Of a stretch of 64,000 nucleotides of DNA, positions 28,438 through 41,940 are shown one piece after another. The stretch's first letter is position 1, and every line of letters starts with the position of its first letter. A model generated the notes under the pieces. That model was not told the DNA's origin and ran no database searches. It saw only the letters and a program-made list of their open reading frames with translations. The stretch covers positions 43,896,001-43,960,000 of the forward strand of contig NC_043009.1 of assembly GCF_006345805.1 (NCBI RefSeq). The letters are read 5' to 3'. The position numbers and the translations under genes are program-made. Origin of the DNA: Octopus sinensis (taxonomy: Eukaryota).

Positions 28438-28520
28438 ATATATATAAAATATATATATATATATATATATGTATATGTATATATATGCATAATGCATGTA
28501 TGAATGTGTGTGTGTATGTA
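27805..28520. repeat. (TA)n-dominated microsatellite field
   Basis: Direct inspection. Confidence 0.95.
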
Positions 28521-29054
28521 TGTATACAAATATATCAGACGACTATGAATTATCAGTGTAAGATAAGTGATTTTGAGACTTTCCATTTATATATATGTAC
28601 ATAGATACATACACACACACATGCATACATATATATATGTATGTACACTGTGTGTATGCGTGTGCATGTGTGTGTGTGTGTGTGTGTGTGCGTGCCATCT
28701 ATTATAAGGCGACGAGCCGGCTGAATATTTATCACGTCGGACAAAAATGCTTCAACGCATTCCATCTGTCTTTTTACATTCGGAGTTGAAATTCCGCCAA
28801 AGTAGATTTTGCCATTTATACTTTCAGGGTCGATAAAATAAGTACCCGTCAAATACTAGGGCCGTTGTAATCGACTTTCCCGTCCCCTGGGATGAGTGCC
28901 ATGCTTTACAAAATCAAGTACTGGGGTCGATTCATTCGACTAAAAATTCTTCCAGGCAGTGCCCCAGCATGGCCACAGTCCAATGACTGGATCAAGTAAA
29001 ACATAAAAGATGTATACAAACTCACAGAGGTATAAGTATACATACGTATGTATG

Positions 29055-29131
<77 letters not shown>

Positions 29132-29554
29132 GATTTCGAATTATACATAAAGTGTCTATATTTAATTTGCAAGCGTCATTGACTGGAATTTATTTTTCTA
29201 CTTGTTTCAGTCACTTGACTGCGGCCATGCTAGAGCACCATCTTAAAGGGGCTTTTAGTTGAAGAATTAGACCCCAAGACTTATTCTTTGTAAGCCTAGT
29301 ACTCTATAGGGCAGTTTTGCCGCATGAACGTAAACACACCAACGCCGGTTTTCAAGCGATGGTGGTGGTTGGGGGGAGGAACAAACGCGGAAACAAAGAT
29401 ACACCCACATAAATAGATATACATATACATGACGCATTTCTTTCAGTTTCCATCAACCAAATCCAGTCACAAGGCTTTAGTTGAACCGAGGCTATAGTAG
29501 AAGACCAAGGTGCCATGCAGTGGGACTGAACCCGGAACCATGTGGTTGGGAAGA

Positions 29555-29690
29555 AAGCTTCAGGTTCTTGACCAGGTTGGCTTTTAACATTTCTTTAATT
29601 GAGGTAAATGCTTTCCGTCCTGCTCTGATATTTCTTGAGATTTCAGAGACGAAACTTCTTTCATCTTTTATCTGTGTTTTACTGGTTTTA
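29555..29690 (-). mobile_element. RTE-like LINE RT fragment among SINE B fragments
   Basis: SEISRNIRAGRKAFTSIKEML resembles the EIxRRIxAGWxAF motif of RTE-clade RTs. Confidence 0.45.
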
Positions 29691-30269
29691 GTCATTGGAC
29701 TGCGACCATGCGGGCGCACCGTGATGGGTTATAGCCGATCAAATCAACCCCAGTACTAATTTATTTTTAAAGCCTGATATTTATTCTATCGGTCACTTTT
29801 GCTAGTTAAGAGGACGTAAACAAACCAACATTGATCATCAAGCGGTAGTGAGGGCAAACACAAACACAAAGACACAAGCATACACACGCAAATATGCGTG
29901 TATCTATGTATATGTATATGTATATATAGAGCAAAAAAATTTTTTTCTTCTTCTCTCTCCCTTCCCCTCTTTTTCTTTAGCACTCATTGCAAATACAAAC
30001 ACACACACACACACACACATGCTCTCTCTCACTTTCTCCTCATCCATCACCCTCTTGTACTGTCTTATATTCCTCCCCACCGCTACAAACTCAATACCAC
30101 TATAAAATGGTCAAAACTTTTCACCCAGGAACTTAGTTTGATTTGAAAACCCCACTAGAATGGGAGAAAGCGCTAATACATGATCTAAGTTATATGATGT
30201 ATAAAAAATGTAATATACAAATAAATATCTGTAAATATAAACCATCCTATTTTCTGAGTACCTCATTTC

Positions 30270-30358
<89 letters not shown>

Positions 30359-30796
30359 ATATATATATATATATATGTGTGTCTATGTATACATATGTAT
30401 GTATACATGCATACATACATACATACAAATATATATATATATATATAATGTTAGTTGAGTTAGAGGTTACAATAACCGTCTAAAGGATAGAAGTATCCAT
30501 TACACTACCAGTATATTACCTATATTTAACTATGGGTATACATATGCAAACATATGCTCATTCTAAAGCCTATGTTCCCACTAAAACCTATTTCCGTATC
30601 CCACTATTATATTATATATATATGAATAAAAAATGGAGTTAACGCAGGTTTAAACAGTATTTTTACTTTCTACACATGTTTCGAAAATTCCACTGATACT
30701 ATTCAAAAGAATAAATGGTATTTATTTATTTTTTCCGTGTTAATTGTTAACAAGGTAAAAATAAACTCAGCTATATATATATACTATATATATAAT

Positions 30797-30830
<34 letters not shown>

Positions 30831-30838
30831 ATATATAT

Positions 30839-30893
<55 letters not shown>

Positions 30894-32486
30894 TGTGTAA
30901 TTATTATGTATTATGTATGTATGTATGTATGTATGTATGTATGTATGTGTTTTGTATGTCTGTGTTTGTTCCCCCCACCATTACTTGACAATCGATGTTG
31001 GTGCGTTCACGTCCCCGTAACTTAGCGGTTCGACAAAAGAGACCGATAAGAATGGCTCCTGGGGTCAATTTGTTCGACTAAAAACGGTGCTCCAGCATGG
31101 CTGCAGTCAAATGACTGAACCAAAGAATGAAAGAATAAAAGAGTATAGAAATCTACGTAATGACTTATTACGTGCGCGCATATGTGTTTGAGTGAATACT
31201 AACGCATACATTCATAGAAATAGATGCACTCACGCACATATATTTGCAATATACGCGTATACACCTCCACAAACGTGTATGTATGTGTGCATATATGTAC
31301 GTATGTATGTGAATGTGTGTACGCGAGCGCGCGTGTGTATGTATATGTGTGTGTGTATGCATGTGTGTGCGTGCGTATATGCTTTCCGTTATAAAACAAT
31401 ATACAACCACATCAAAACCACTTTTCTTTTGTGTTTTGCAGAACTTCCGCTTTCGCTCCTAGTTTGTTATGATCTGCTCATGTCTCACGGAAGGGTGCAC
31501 TAGAATGGTTTCTCATTGCTTGAACCAGATTCATTCTGAAACAGAGGAAGGAGTGTGGCTGGGTCAAAGCAAAACGGTAATTCTGTCTTGGGTGTCGTTT
31601 TGTTTGTTGTCATATCAAGGTCACCAGTGACGTAACTGAAGTGAAATAATTGCAACAAAGAATTGAAACCGGATCGCAAAACACGTTTCCCCCTAAACTC
31701 TCCTTTTCCTTTTTCTGGTCATCGACCGATCTTTCAATGTTATATCACGTGGTCTCACATCCCAACGTGTCTTCATCTAAAGCATGTATGACTGTCAAAT
31801 ATAATCACAAACAAATACTCATAGTAAAAATGGTAAATGGACCTCCGTCGGCGTCGACGATGACTTCGATGACTGTTCAAGTTGTTCGATTCGATTAATT
31901 GAACAACCTGATCCTTGAATTAATCTATTAAGTGGGTGTACATTTCACTAGGTCATGTGACACCATAAAGTAATTATTCAACAGAATCAGCATGACGCTG
32001 TGTGACGAGGCTAGTGCTTTTAAATTACGGATTTTCTCTATCAAACGGTCTTCAACACAGTTTCCATAAATTCGTGCTTCCTTGCAAGGCTTGGATCGAC
32101 GTGAAAATAATGGTGTAAGAGACAAGATGCCTTGCTGTAGGATTGAACACAGAACCTCGTCATTATGAAGCGAAATCTGGCCAAGCTACATCCTTCCTCA
32201 TACAAACACACGGGCGCGCGCACATGGACACACACACACATGCCTACATACATACACACACGTACACACAAATATACATATACACACACACATGCCTACA
32301 TACATACACACACGTACACACAAATATACATATACACACAAACACACACATATATATACGCACAAATACACACATATACATAGTCACACATGGCCTCATA
32401 ATGCTTTTCATATACACATTACACGCACAGCTACAAACATGCAAACGTACAGCCTCACACATAGTTACACACAGGCAACTACTTAC

Positions 32487-32517
32487 GGAGCCAAATAAGC
32501 ATAGCCAGGCACCCACT
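32487..32517 (-). CDS. Candidate 31-nt exon
   Basis: Acceptor ttactttttgctctgtgtatag and donor gtaagt; all frames open. An upstream open stretch (KTDELCHYDPMIQPQDYVGILRDFLYKTPDESWR) ends at a gtgaat donor 57 nt away. Confidence 0.35.
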
Positions 32518-33378
32518 CTATACACAGAGCAAAAAGTAATGCATCCTCCGCCCGTTTCAATAATGATTATTCACCTCCAGCTTTCATCAGGTGTCTTGTA
32601 CAGAAAGTCTCTGAGTATTCCAACGTAATCCTGAGGCTGGATCATCGGGTCATAGTGACAAAGCTCGTCTGTCTTTGAAATTACTGGCACACTTAATCGT
32701 ATTTAATTTCGCCCAATTCGTACTGAAAGCGAGGAGATGCAACTCTCGAAGCTAGCCACTTAAAAACAGAATTCAGCTACAATTCACATGATTTCATAAT
32801 CAGTGCAGAAATGCACTTTTTAATCGTCAGTGCACGCATAATTCAAGATTTATAATGAATGAACAAAAATCAACATACCAGACGAACAACCAATGTATCC
32901 AACGTAGCATATAGAAATGTTCATCCTTTATACATCTATGTAAATGGCGGGCTTTTACGAATTGCATCTCGGTATAACGTGTTTACTTATTTTAGTAGTT
33001 TTTACTTTAAGTGTCCCTCCTAGCGCGCGTGACATATATGTATAGTAATGCCCTCTATATAATATAAATAGATATATTTAAGAGAAAAATTCGTGGATTT
33101 TTCTCTTATGAGGTTTTTCACACCAACTACTTGATAAATTCTTATAAAGATTTAATTCTATTTTTAAATAGTAAATTTAACCGGAGTATATTCAGTAATG
33201 AATTTTTATTCCGAATAAATACGTTATACCGAGATGCAATGTCTTATACAACAGACATTGCAGATCAAGCTTCCTCCATTCACTGGTGTGTTTTCGAGTA
33301 GCTTCCTTAAATTTTGCGTAAAAAATGGGATTTTTCTCTCGAAAATCCTTACTCTTTTCCTTGCTTGTTACCTCCACT

Positions 33379-33635
33379 GGATGAAGGCGCGTGGCTTAGT
33401 GGCTGGGCTGTTGGACTCACGATCGAAAAGTCATAAGTTCGATACCCGGGAGCAGTTGTGTCCTTGAGCGAGACACTTTATTTCATATTGTTCCACTCCA
33501 CTCAGCTGAAAGTAAAGTCACACCTAGTGTCACGCTTAATCTCCCTGAGCACTACATTAAGAGCACTCGTGTCTATGGAGTGCTCAGCCACATGCACATT
33601 AATTTTCCGAATACGATTAACTGGAACTCGCATCA
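33379..33635 (+). mobile_element. tRNA-derived SINE family D
   Basis: Head ggcgcgtggcttagtgg...gttcgatacc; 3' body shared with family C. Confidence 0.7.
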
Positions 33636-34106
33636 TCGTGGCTGTTGAAGTGGCGATGACAAGCACTGCTTTCTCAATTGACCTCTCATATTTCACTGAG
33701 GACTTTACAGAACCTTCTTCGAGGACTTTACAGAATTATTAACATGCCGGATAAAATCCTCAACGGTGTTTCTTCCAGCTCTTGCCTTTATGAGTACAAA
33801 TTTCGCCGGGATCAACTTTGCCTTTCATCTCTTCAAGATCGATAAAATAGAGGTCCGGTCAAATACAAGGGTTGATGTAATCAACTTGTTCTTTCTTCTA
33901 AAATTACTGGTCTTGAACGCTGCAAGGGACCAGCCTTCCGTTCAAGAAATCTTTAGGCCCCTGTTACTTATATGCCATGGAAACCGGGTAACCGGCCTTA
34001 GTAGTCCCAGGGACGAAAAACCCCGTCCCTCTCTGTAGTATATATATATATATATATATGTGCGTGTGTGTATGTGTGCATGTGTGTGTGCATGTGTGTG
34101 TGTGTG

Positions 34107-34144
<38 letters not shown>

Positions 34145-35089
34145 ATAAAAATGGAAAGAAGGGGAAGGAAATGTCTGAAAGAGGAAATCGAAAAAGCCGT
34201 TAAAGTTGAAATATTTCTTTGTCTTTGAGATTTGTTCACTTGGCAGGAAGTAGGGGCTGCGTGGGGAGGTAAAAGTTTTAAAGGGTAGGGTATTTCTAGA
34301 CGTGGGGTGGGCTGTCGGTGTAGGAGAGATTTGCGAGAGGCTGTGTGGTGTAAAGCCTACGTAGAGGGGGGAGGGGAAGGAGTGAGTATGCTATCGTGGG
34401 TCATGAGTTTGAAAAAAAACCGAGAGCAAACAAGTGTGTATAATAGAGGAAGGTGTTCGTATGAGGGGGTGGGAGTTATGAAAATTTATGTGTGTATGTA
34501 TTTATGTGTGTGTGTGTGTATCTGTGTTTGCGTACTGGTGTCGATAAAAAAGGGGGTACGAAGCAAACCCGTAAGTATATTGTAAGTACAGTATATTTGT
34601 GATGTAGTTGCGTTTGTGTGCGCTTGTGAGTATGTATATGTACGTGGATATGTATGACTATATGTGCGTGTGAGTGTGTATGTGTGCATGTGTGTATATG
34701 TGTACGTGTTTGTGTGTGTGGGGGGGGAGGCGCGAGAGATATCACATGTAAGTGATTAGTTTATAGGTATTGGTACCAACTGTGCTACTGAAGTGTATCG
34801 AAGCATGAAGGGTGGTTAAATCTGTGAGGGTGGCGGCGGGGGTGAATCAAACGAGAGATCCGTTGTATCTGAGTTTCTCTGTGGGGGTGGGGTTGCGGAG
34901 ATACACAGGTGTTGTTGTTGGTAGTGGTGTTGTATAGGCATAGGTCAACCCTAAATGAACAGACATACGGTCAAAGACATTCCAAAGATATATATACATA
35001 TGCATGATGTATGTATAAATGTATAGATAGAGCTCTAACAACTGGTTGTCGCTCCTATTATGACAACGCATAAAAATAATATATGTATA

Positions 35090-35427
35090 TGTCTGTACGT
35101 ACATACATACATACATACATACATACATACATACATACATACATACATACATACATACATACATACATACATACATACATACATACATACCAGAGAGGTA
35201 GTGTGGTAAATTAATTCAATTAGACTTGATAAAATATTTAGATGGAGCACAAAATTAAACAATAAAAATAAAATTAAAGAAAAAATATCTAAAATATGTA
35301 ATGTCTTATCTCGACATCTGTTTCAACAAGGCAAGAATTTTGGGCACAACTCTGCGTTTTCTATACAGAACATATTTAGCTCTCACTGATGTGTGTATAT
35401 ACATATATACATCTGTCTACTTATCTG

Positions 35428-35491
<64 letters not shown>

Positions 35492-35929
35492 CTATCTATC
35501 TATCTATCATCTATCTATCTATCTATCTGCACATACATACATACATACATACATACATACATACATACATACATACATACATACATACATACATACATCA
35601 ATACATACATACATACAGACATATATACTCTCCCGTTTGTGTTACCTATTTTGACCCTCCGCAAAATCACAAATTTTATTTAATTTGCTTTGCGGGAGCA
35701 ACTGTTTTATCGAAAGCGTATATTGTTGTTAAATGCTCGAAACACGGGAGTAGTAAAACAGCCAACAACTGATGAAGGGTCATTCTTTATGTTGTTTGTC
35801 TTGTTTTCTCTTTTTGTATCTTTTGTTGTTCGAAAAAATAGTTCATTTTCCATGTACTCGAACTTCGTATTTTTTGTTATTGTACACGTTGTATATATAT
35901 ATTGTATAAATATATATGTATATACATAC

Positions 35930-36022
<93 letters not shown>

Positions 36023-36110
36023 CGTATATATATACATATATATACATTTATGTATATATGTATATATATATATATGCATATATACATAAATGTATATATA
36101 CCTATATACA
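35090..36110. repeat. (TACA)n/(TCTA)n/(TA)n field enclosing a PLE-type terminal repeat (~35700-35880)
   Basis: Direct inspection; gctcgaaac...ctgatgaaggg at 35745-35780. Confidence 0.85.
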
Positions 36111-36127
36111 TAAGTAACAGTATATAC

Positions 36128-36292
36128 GGGAGTGACTGTATGGCAAGTAGCTTGCTTGCCAACCACACGGTTTCGGGTTGAGACCCACTGCGTAGCACCT
36201 TGGGCAAGTGTCTTCTACTATGACCTCGGGCTAACCAAATCATTGTGATTGGTTTTGATAGACGAAAACTGACAGAAGCTCGTCGTATACAT

Positions 36293-36324
<32 letters not shown>

Positions 36325-36540
36325 GTGTGTGTGTGTGTGTTTGTGTGTCTGTGTTTGTCACCCCACCATCTCTTGACATTGATGTTGGTGTCTTTAAGTT
36401 ATCGTAGCTTAACGATTCAGTAAAAGAACCGATAGAATAAGTACTAGGCTTACAAAGGATAAGTCCTGGTATCGATTTGGGCCACTACAGGTGGTGCTGA
36501 AGCATGGCCGCTGTCAAATGACTCAAACAAATAAAAGAAT
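36128..36540 (+). mobile_element. SINE family B, diverged copy
   Basis: Homologous to 59778-60201. Confidence 0.85.
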
Positions 36541-36781
36541 ATATATTTATTAAACCTCTGTGCGGAACCGTAACATATATTTGCCACCTAAGTGTAGCGT
36601 CCAATACAGGACAGTGCTACTGACGTTTATAGCCCCAGAAGACATCTCCTCCAACTGGCTAACGACACACATTCTGTGTCCGATTAGTTTTTGTGAGGGG
36701 TGGTCATCGCTCCCAACTCTAGCCTTACGTGATACATACAGACTCGAGTTTCTGGATGGTTACCCGTCCTCAGCATCTGTT

Positions 36782-36848
<67 letters not shown>

Positions 36849-36895
36849 GACAAACAGACAGACAGAGAAAGATAGATAGATAGCTAAAGAGGGAA

Positions 36896-36927
<32 letters not shown>

Positions 36928-37117
36928 AGAGAGAGAGAAATTGATATCGTTACGGTGAATAGCAAGATTCTAAATGTTATTTGCCATATTTATTCTTCAT
37001 ACGTTCTGGCAGATTCAAACGTGAATACGCCAGTTGCCACTGTTGTCGCTTCTTGTTTACGACTATGTGTTCGTAACATACTCGATTCATAAGCACAAGT
37101 GATTCTCTTTCACCTGT

Positions 37118-37142
37118 GTTTCGACATGTTATGTCTCGTCAG
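37118..37142 (-). ncRNA. Hammerhead ribozyme core motif (probably a PLE relic)
   Basis: CTGACGA-GACAT-aac-ATGTC-GAAAC: intact CUGANGA and GAAA boxes around a perfect 5-bp stem II; stems I and III are not convincing. Confidence 0.5.
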
Positions 37143-37625
37143 TCAGAAACTGTTCTGCTGTGACGAACAAAGCGATGATTGAGGAATCCCAACCTACATC
37201 TCCCATAAATATGTTTATAATTTTTTTTTATGCTGTCAAAAATATACATTTCTCACTGGTAAAAATAAAGTTACTAAAATGGACAAACAACTTCGAGGTG
37301 TTGCTTTGGTCCAATGGTAAAGCGCCTGTAAAGTCTCCAGGCGATGTGGGTTCGGCTCGCACGGACAGCCCTCGACGTTTTCTACTCATTAGAGTTTTCC
37401 ACATACAAATTTTTACTCATAAGAGCTTTTCGCGTACAAATTTTTACAACCTCATGATTCCAAAAAAGAATTACTGCACGATCTCCCGGAAGTTTATAAA
37501 ATTCTTATGACGTCAACAAGCATACAATTCTTGCTAGCAAAAAAAAAAGTCTCCAAAATAGACAAAGATATTCGAAAGGTTCTTGATCCAATGGTAGAGT
37601 GTCTGTCATAAACACACACACGCAC

Positions 37626-37704
<79 letters not shown>

Positions 37705-37923
37705 ATGCGCGCGTGTGTGTGAAAGTATGCACAAGATATAATGTTTATGCCAGTGAAACAAAGAGAAAACATTCTGAAGGATGGCCTTCCTTCTGTGTGA
37801 GTGTATATATCTGATAAAATGGATAGCGATAAATCTTTAATCTCTGGGATTAGCAACTTGTTTTATCAGGTGATTTACTATTTAACATAGTAACAAAGAA
37901 TACGCGTACGCATAAATACATTC

Positions 37924-37954
<31 letters not shown>

Positions 37955-38257
37955 TATATATTTCAGTGAGGGTGTGTAGATATATACATTTATAAGTATA
38001 TATGCGTATTTGAATATGTGTGTATGTTTACATATGTACATACATATGCGTATGTGTATTTATATATATTATACAGACATACATAAATACACATATATAA
38101 GGATATGTAAATATATGTGCGTATTTATGTCTGTGTGTATACGTATATGTCTATTTATATATGTGTTCGGGAACAGAGGAGGGGAAGAGAGGTAGAGAGG
38201 GAGAAAGAGAGCGAGAAGTGGAGAGAGAAGGAGGACGAGAGAGCGAGCTAGCTAGCT

Positions 38258-38312
<55 letters not shown>

Positions 38313-38619
38313 TAAAATGGAAGATAGTGGATTAAAAATCAGAAGTACGGTGTTCAAATCCGCTGTAGGTATTTTTGGTATTTTTCTTGACTATACAAGA
38401 CATCATTGTATGTAGAGCGATGCTCCAGTATGGCCTTCAGCAACAGTGAAAAGTAGATGAAGTTTACCATAACTCGTGTTTTAAATGAATAACAAGGTTT
38501 AGAATAATGTTCTGTTTATAATCATGTCTATATAACGTATTATATGTGTGTGTGTAGATTATTTATAGTGGTATACAAATTTTATATATCTGTGTGGTAA
38601 GAAGCTTACTTCCCAATTA

Positions 38620-38854
38620 CATGGTTCTGTGTTCAGTCCGTCTGCGTAGCACCTCGGACAATGGCCCAGTGGTTAGGGCAGCGTATTCGCAGTCATAGGA
38701 TCGCGGTTTCGATTCTCAGACCGGGCGTTTTGAGTGTTTATTGAACCAAAATACCTAAATCTCTCCGAGGTTCCGGCAGGAGGTAGTGGCGAACCCTACT
38801 GGATTCTTCCACTACAACTTTCTCTCACTCTTTCTTCCTGTTTCTGTTGTATCT
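38620..38854 (+). mobile_element. SINE family C, 5' part
   Basis: Head caatggcccagtggttagggcagcg...ggtttcgattc; homologous to 52226-52598. Confidence 0.8.
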
Positions 38855-38855
38855 A

Positions 38856-39080
38856 TTTCTTTACTACCCACAAGGGGCTAAATACAGAGGGGACAAACAA
38901 GGACAGATAAACGGATTAAGTCGATTACATCGACCCCAGTGCATAACTGGTACTTAATTTATCGACCCCGAAAGGATGAAAGGCAAAGTCGACCTCGGCA
39001 GAATTTGAACTCAGAACGTAGCGGCAGACGAAATACGACTACGCATTTCGCCCGGAGTGCTAACGTTTCTGCCAGCTCAC
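38856..39080 (-). mobile_element. SINE family A copy abutting SINE C
   Basis: Full head, body and GTAGTAAAGAAATA tail. Confidence 0.88.
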
Positions 39081-39109
39081 TGCCTTTGTTTCTGTTGTAA
39101 CTCTATTTC

Positions 39110-39360
39110 AAAAGACCACTTATTTCCACTTATTTCTTATTTTTATTTTCTAAAATATTCGTTGCGTCTTGCAACCTTTTCAATAGTCTTGACTCTGTCC
39201 GTTGAACTGAGCACTCTGATCCATTTCCACTTACCGGTGAGTGTGTTAAATAATAAGGCACTAAAAGAGAATGACTCTCCCCAGACACAACAGAATATGC
39301 TTCAACACACGAACTCATATAAAGAATCTTGCAAACCAAATCCCAAAAACGAAATATATA
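39110..39360. mobile_element. Long-TIR fold-back family, copy 2
   Basis: Shares the central cgttgcgtcttgcaaccttttcaatagtcttg sequence and the TIR arm with 6643-6850. Confidence 0.7.
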
Positions 39361-40121
39361 TATATATATATATATATATAATAATAATAAGAAAATTATC
39401 ATTTAGCATTATAAAAGAGGGAATCTGTCCCTTAACGTTCAGAGTTCTCTTTCGGAATTTGAGAGGTTCAGGGTTCGCTTCCTCGTGGAAATCTGCTTAC
39501 TACTTGTCTCAGTCATCTAAAGGGTATTTACCCAATTTTCTGAGCTGTCTTCGCTGCGTTTGCGAGTTCTTTTATTTTTCCTTAGATTACCAACACACGA
39601 AACGCCTATAAGTTTGTTTACAAAAAATATGTATATATATTAATATATATTTAAAAGTCTTTGTGAAAATTACTTGATACCATTTTACTAAGTATAAAAG
39701 AGATTAAAATTATCTTTAAAAAAAAAAGGTATATTCTTTATCAGAAGTTTCTTTCCAGCGCGTCTGAGTGTTTTCGATTATTTTTTTCAAACACACGTGT
39801 TCTGGGATATCTTGGATATCTTAAGAATTACGAAGTAGAAAAAGAGCCGATAACTGATGAAGGTTCGTTTTTTTTATGTTGATTGTTTTGTTTTCCATTT
39901 GTTTCTTTTCTTGTTCGCCCAAAAAGTTCGTACTCCATGTTTTCTTACTTCCTGTTGTTTACGTTCTGTGGTGTCCTGTACCCATATATGCATGTATATA
40001 TACATATATATGTATGTACATATATATATATATATATGTATGCATATATATTTATATATTGTTTATATTATATTATATTCAGCTCCGCGTAGATTATCAT
40101 CACTCAACCTATCTATCTATC

Positions 40122-40171
<50 letters not shown>

Positions 40172-40324
40172 AATCTATCTATCTATGTGCATGCAAGCAT
40201 ATGCCTATATAAATACATACATACAAACATACATACATACATACATACATACATACATACATACATACATACATACATACATACATGCATACATACATAC
40301 ATACATACATAAATATATATATAT

Positions 40325-40581
40325 ATATATTTCGTTTTGGGATTTGGTTTGCAAGATTCTTAATGTGAGTGCGTGTGTTGAAGCATATTCTGTTGTGTCT
40401 GGGGAGTCTTTCGCTTTTAGTGACTTATAATTTAACACACAAATAAAATTTGCACTCATTTACTTGTTTATTTTTTCTAAAATTTTAGAAAAATAAATAA
40501 GTAAATGAGTGGAAATTTTACCGGTGAGTATGTTAAATTATAAGGCATTAAAAGAGAATGACTCTCCCCAGTCACACAACA
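40325..40581. mobile_element. Long-TIR fold-back family, copy 3 (spacer-less palindrome)
   Basis: Arms of ~95 bp centred on ctaaaattttag at ~40483. Confidence 0.7.
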
Positions 40582-40590
40582 GTATATATA

Positions 40591-40625
<35 letters not shown>

Positions 40626-40763
40626 GATATATATATTTTTATTTAAAATACCTATATGTGCGTATATATATATATATATATATTTGCATGTATATAAGCA
40701 TATATGTCTAGATGTCACCACACACACACGCATACACACACACACACACAAACATACACACGC

Positions 40764-40797
<34 letters not shown>

Positions 40798-41700
40798 ACA
40801 GAACGGGCAGCAACCAAGGAGTAGGGATACTTCCGATTCAATTTTACGCGTTACTTGACGTGAATGGTTAAATCCGCCCAAAAGAATGACATTATTTGAA
40901 ATATTGGCTTCAATACATTTTTTTTTATTTGGAATAGCAATTAATCCTAAAACAATCTTGGTCGATAGAGTAAAAGACTATTCCAGAATATTCCACAATT
41001 AATGTTTAAACCGTCAACATCTTGAATGAATTAATATGAATTCTTAATTCGACGGAAGGAAACCAAAATCTCCGTTTCTATCCGCATTGTACTTAATTGT
41101 GAAAAACAAAGAAACTTAATAAAATAAAAACAAAACATATAAATGAATATAAAACAAGAAGTTTGCTAATTTATTTTGTAGTTTATATTTATTTTGTTAT
41201 AGAACTTATAATTGCTTCGTCCTGTCTCGAGGTTGTTTGCAAGTGTATTAATAAATAACAAAAAATACAACTACAGCATCAACAACAACAAAAAAACGGT
41301 AGGACTTGTAATGGTTTGAACCCTTTCTCTTGGTGTTGACCTCAGAATTCATTTGAGACCATTCGGTGAGTTTAAGAAAGTTGTGTCAAACGTTTACAGT
41401 TTAGTTATAAAGGAAACGACAAAAAAAAAAAAATAATAACAAACAAAAGTATCTCGAGGGTGCGACAGAAAAACGTCCCGTATTTTACATGATCATTGTT
41501 ATGATGTTAGTAAAGTTAGACTAATAATAATAGTCTCTTCTATTAAGGTTAACAGTTTATTTTAATTGGAATTATGGTTTATATATATATATATGTATAT
41601 GTATAAGTTCAGCAAAATTTAGATTCAAATGAATATGGTACTTAAGTTAGATGCACCAGAATTTTGTATGGTGTTATCCATATAAATCCATGGGGTGATT

Positions 41701-41940
41701 ATAATCAAAATAAGCAACAAGAATATCTCCAGTAATTTGGTACGATCGTTTCACGCTACATCATTTTATTAAATATTGTAAGTATTACAACAGTTTTAAA
41801 ATGTTGAGCAATCATCAGCCATGTATAGAGGTTTTTCATTTTAAAACTGTTGTAATACTTACAATATTTAGTAAAGTGATGTAGCGTGAAACGAATGTAC
41901 CAAATTACCGGAGATATTCTTGTTGCTTATTTTGATTATA
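41701..41940. repeat. Long inverted repeat (103-bp arms, ~33-nt spacer)
   Basis: ataatcaaaataagcaacaagaatatctcc...ttttaaaatg is near-perfectly complementary to cattttaaaa...ttgcttattttgattat. Confidence 0.9.

Noticed and set aside
31442-31576. Plus-strand AG/GT-bounded segment with an internal ATG (MVSHCLNQIHSETEEGVWLGQSKT)
   Set aside because: All three frames are closed from the acceptor; it could be a UTR or start exon but has no support.
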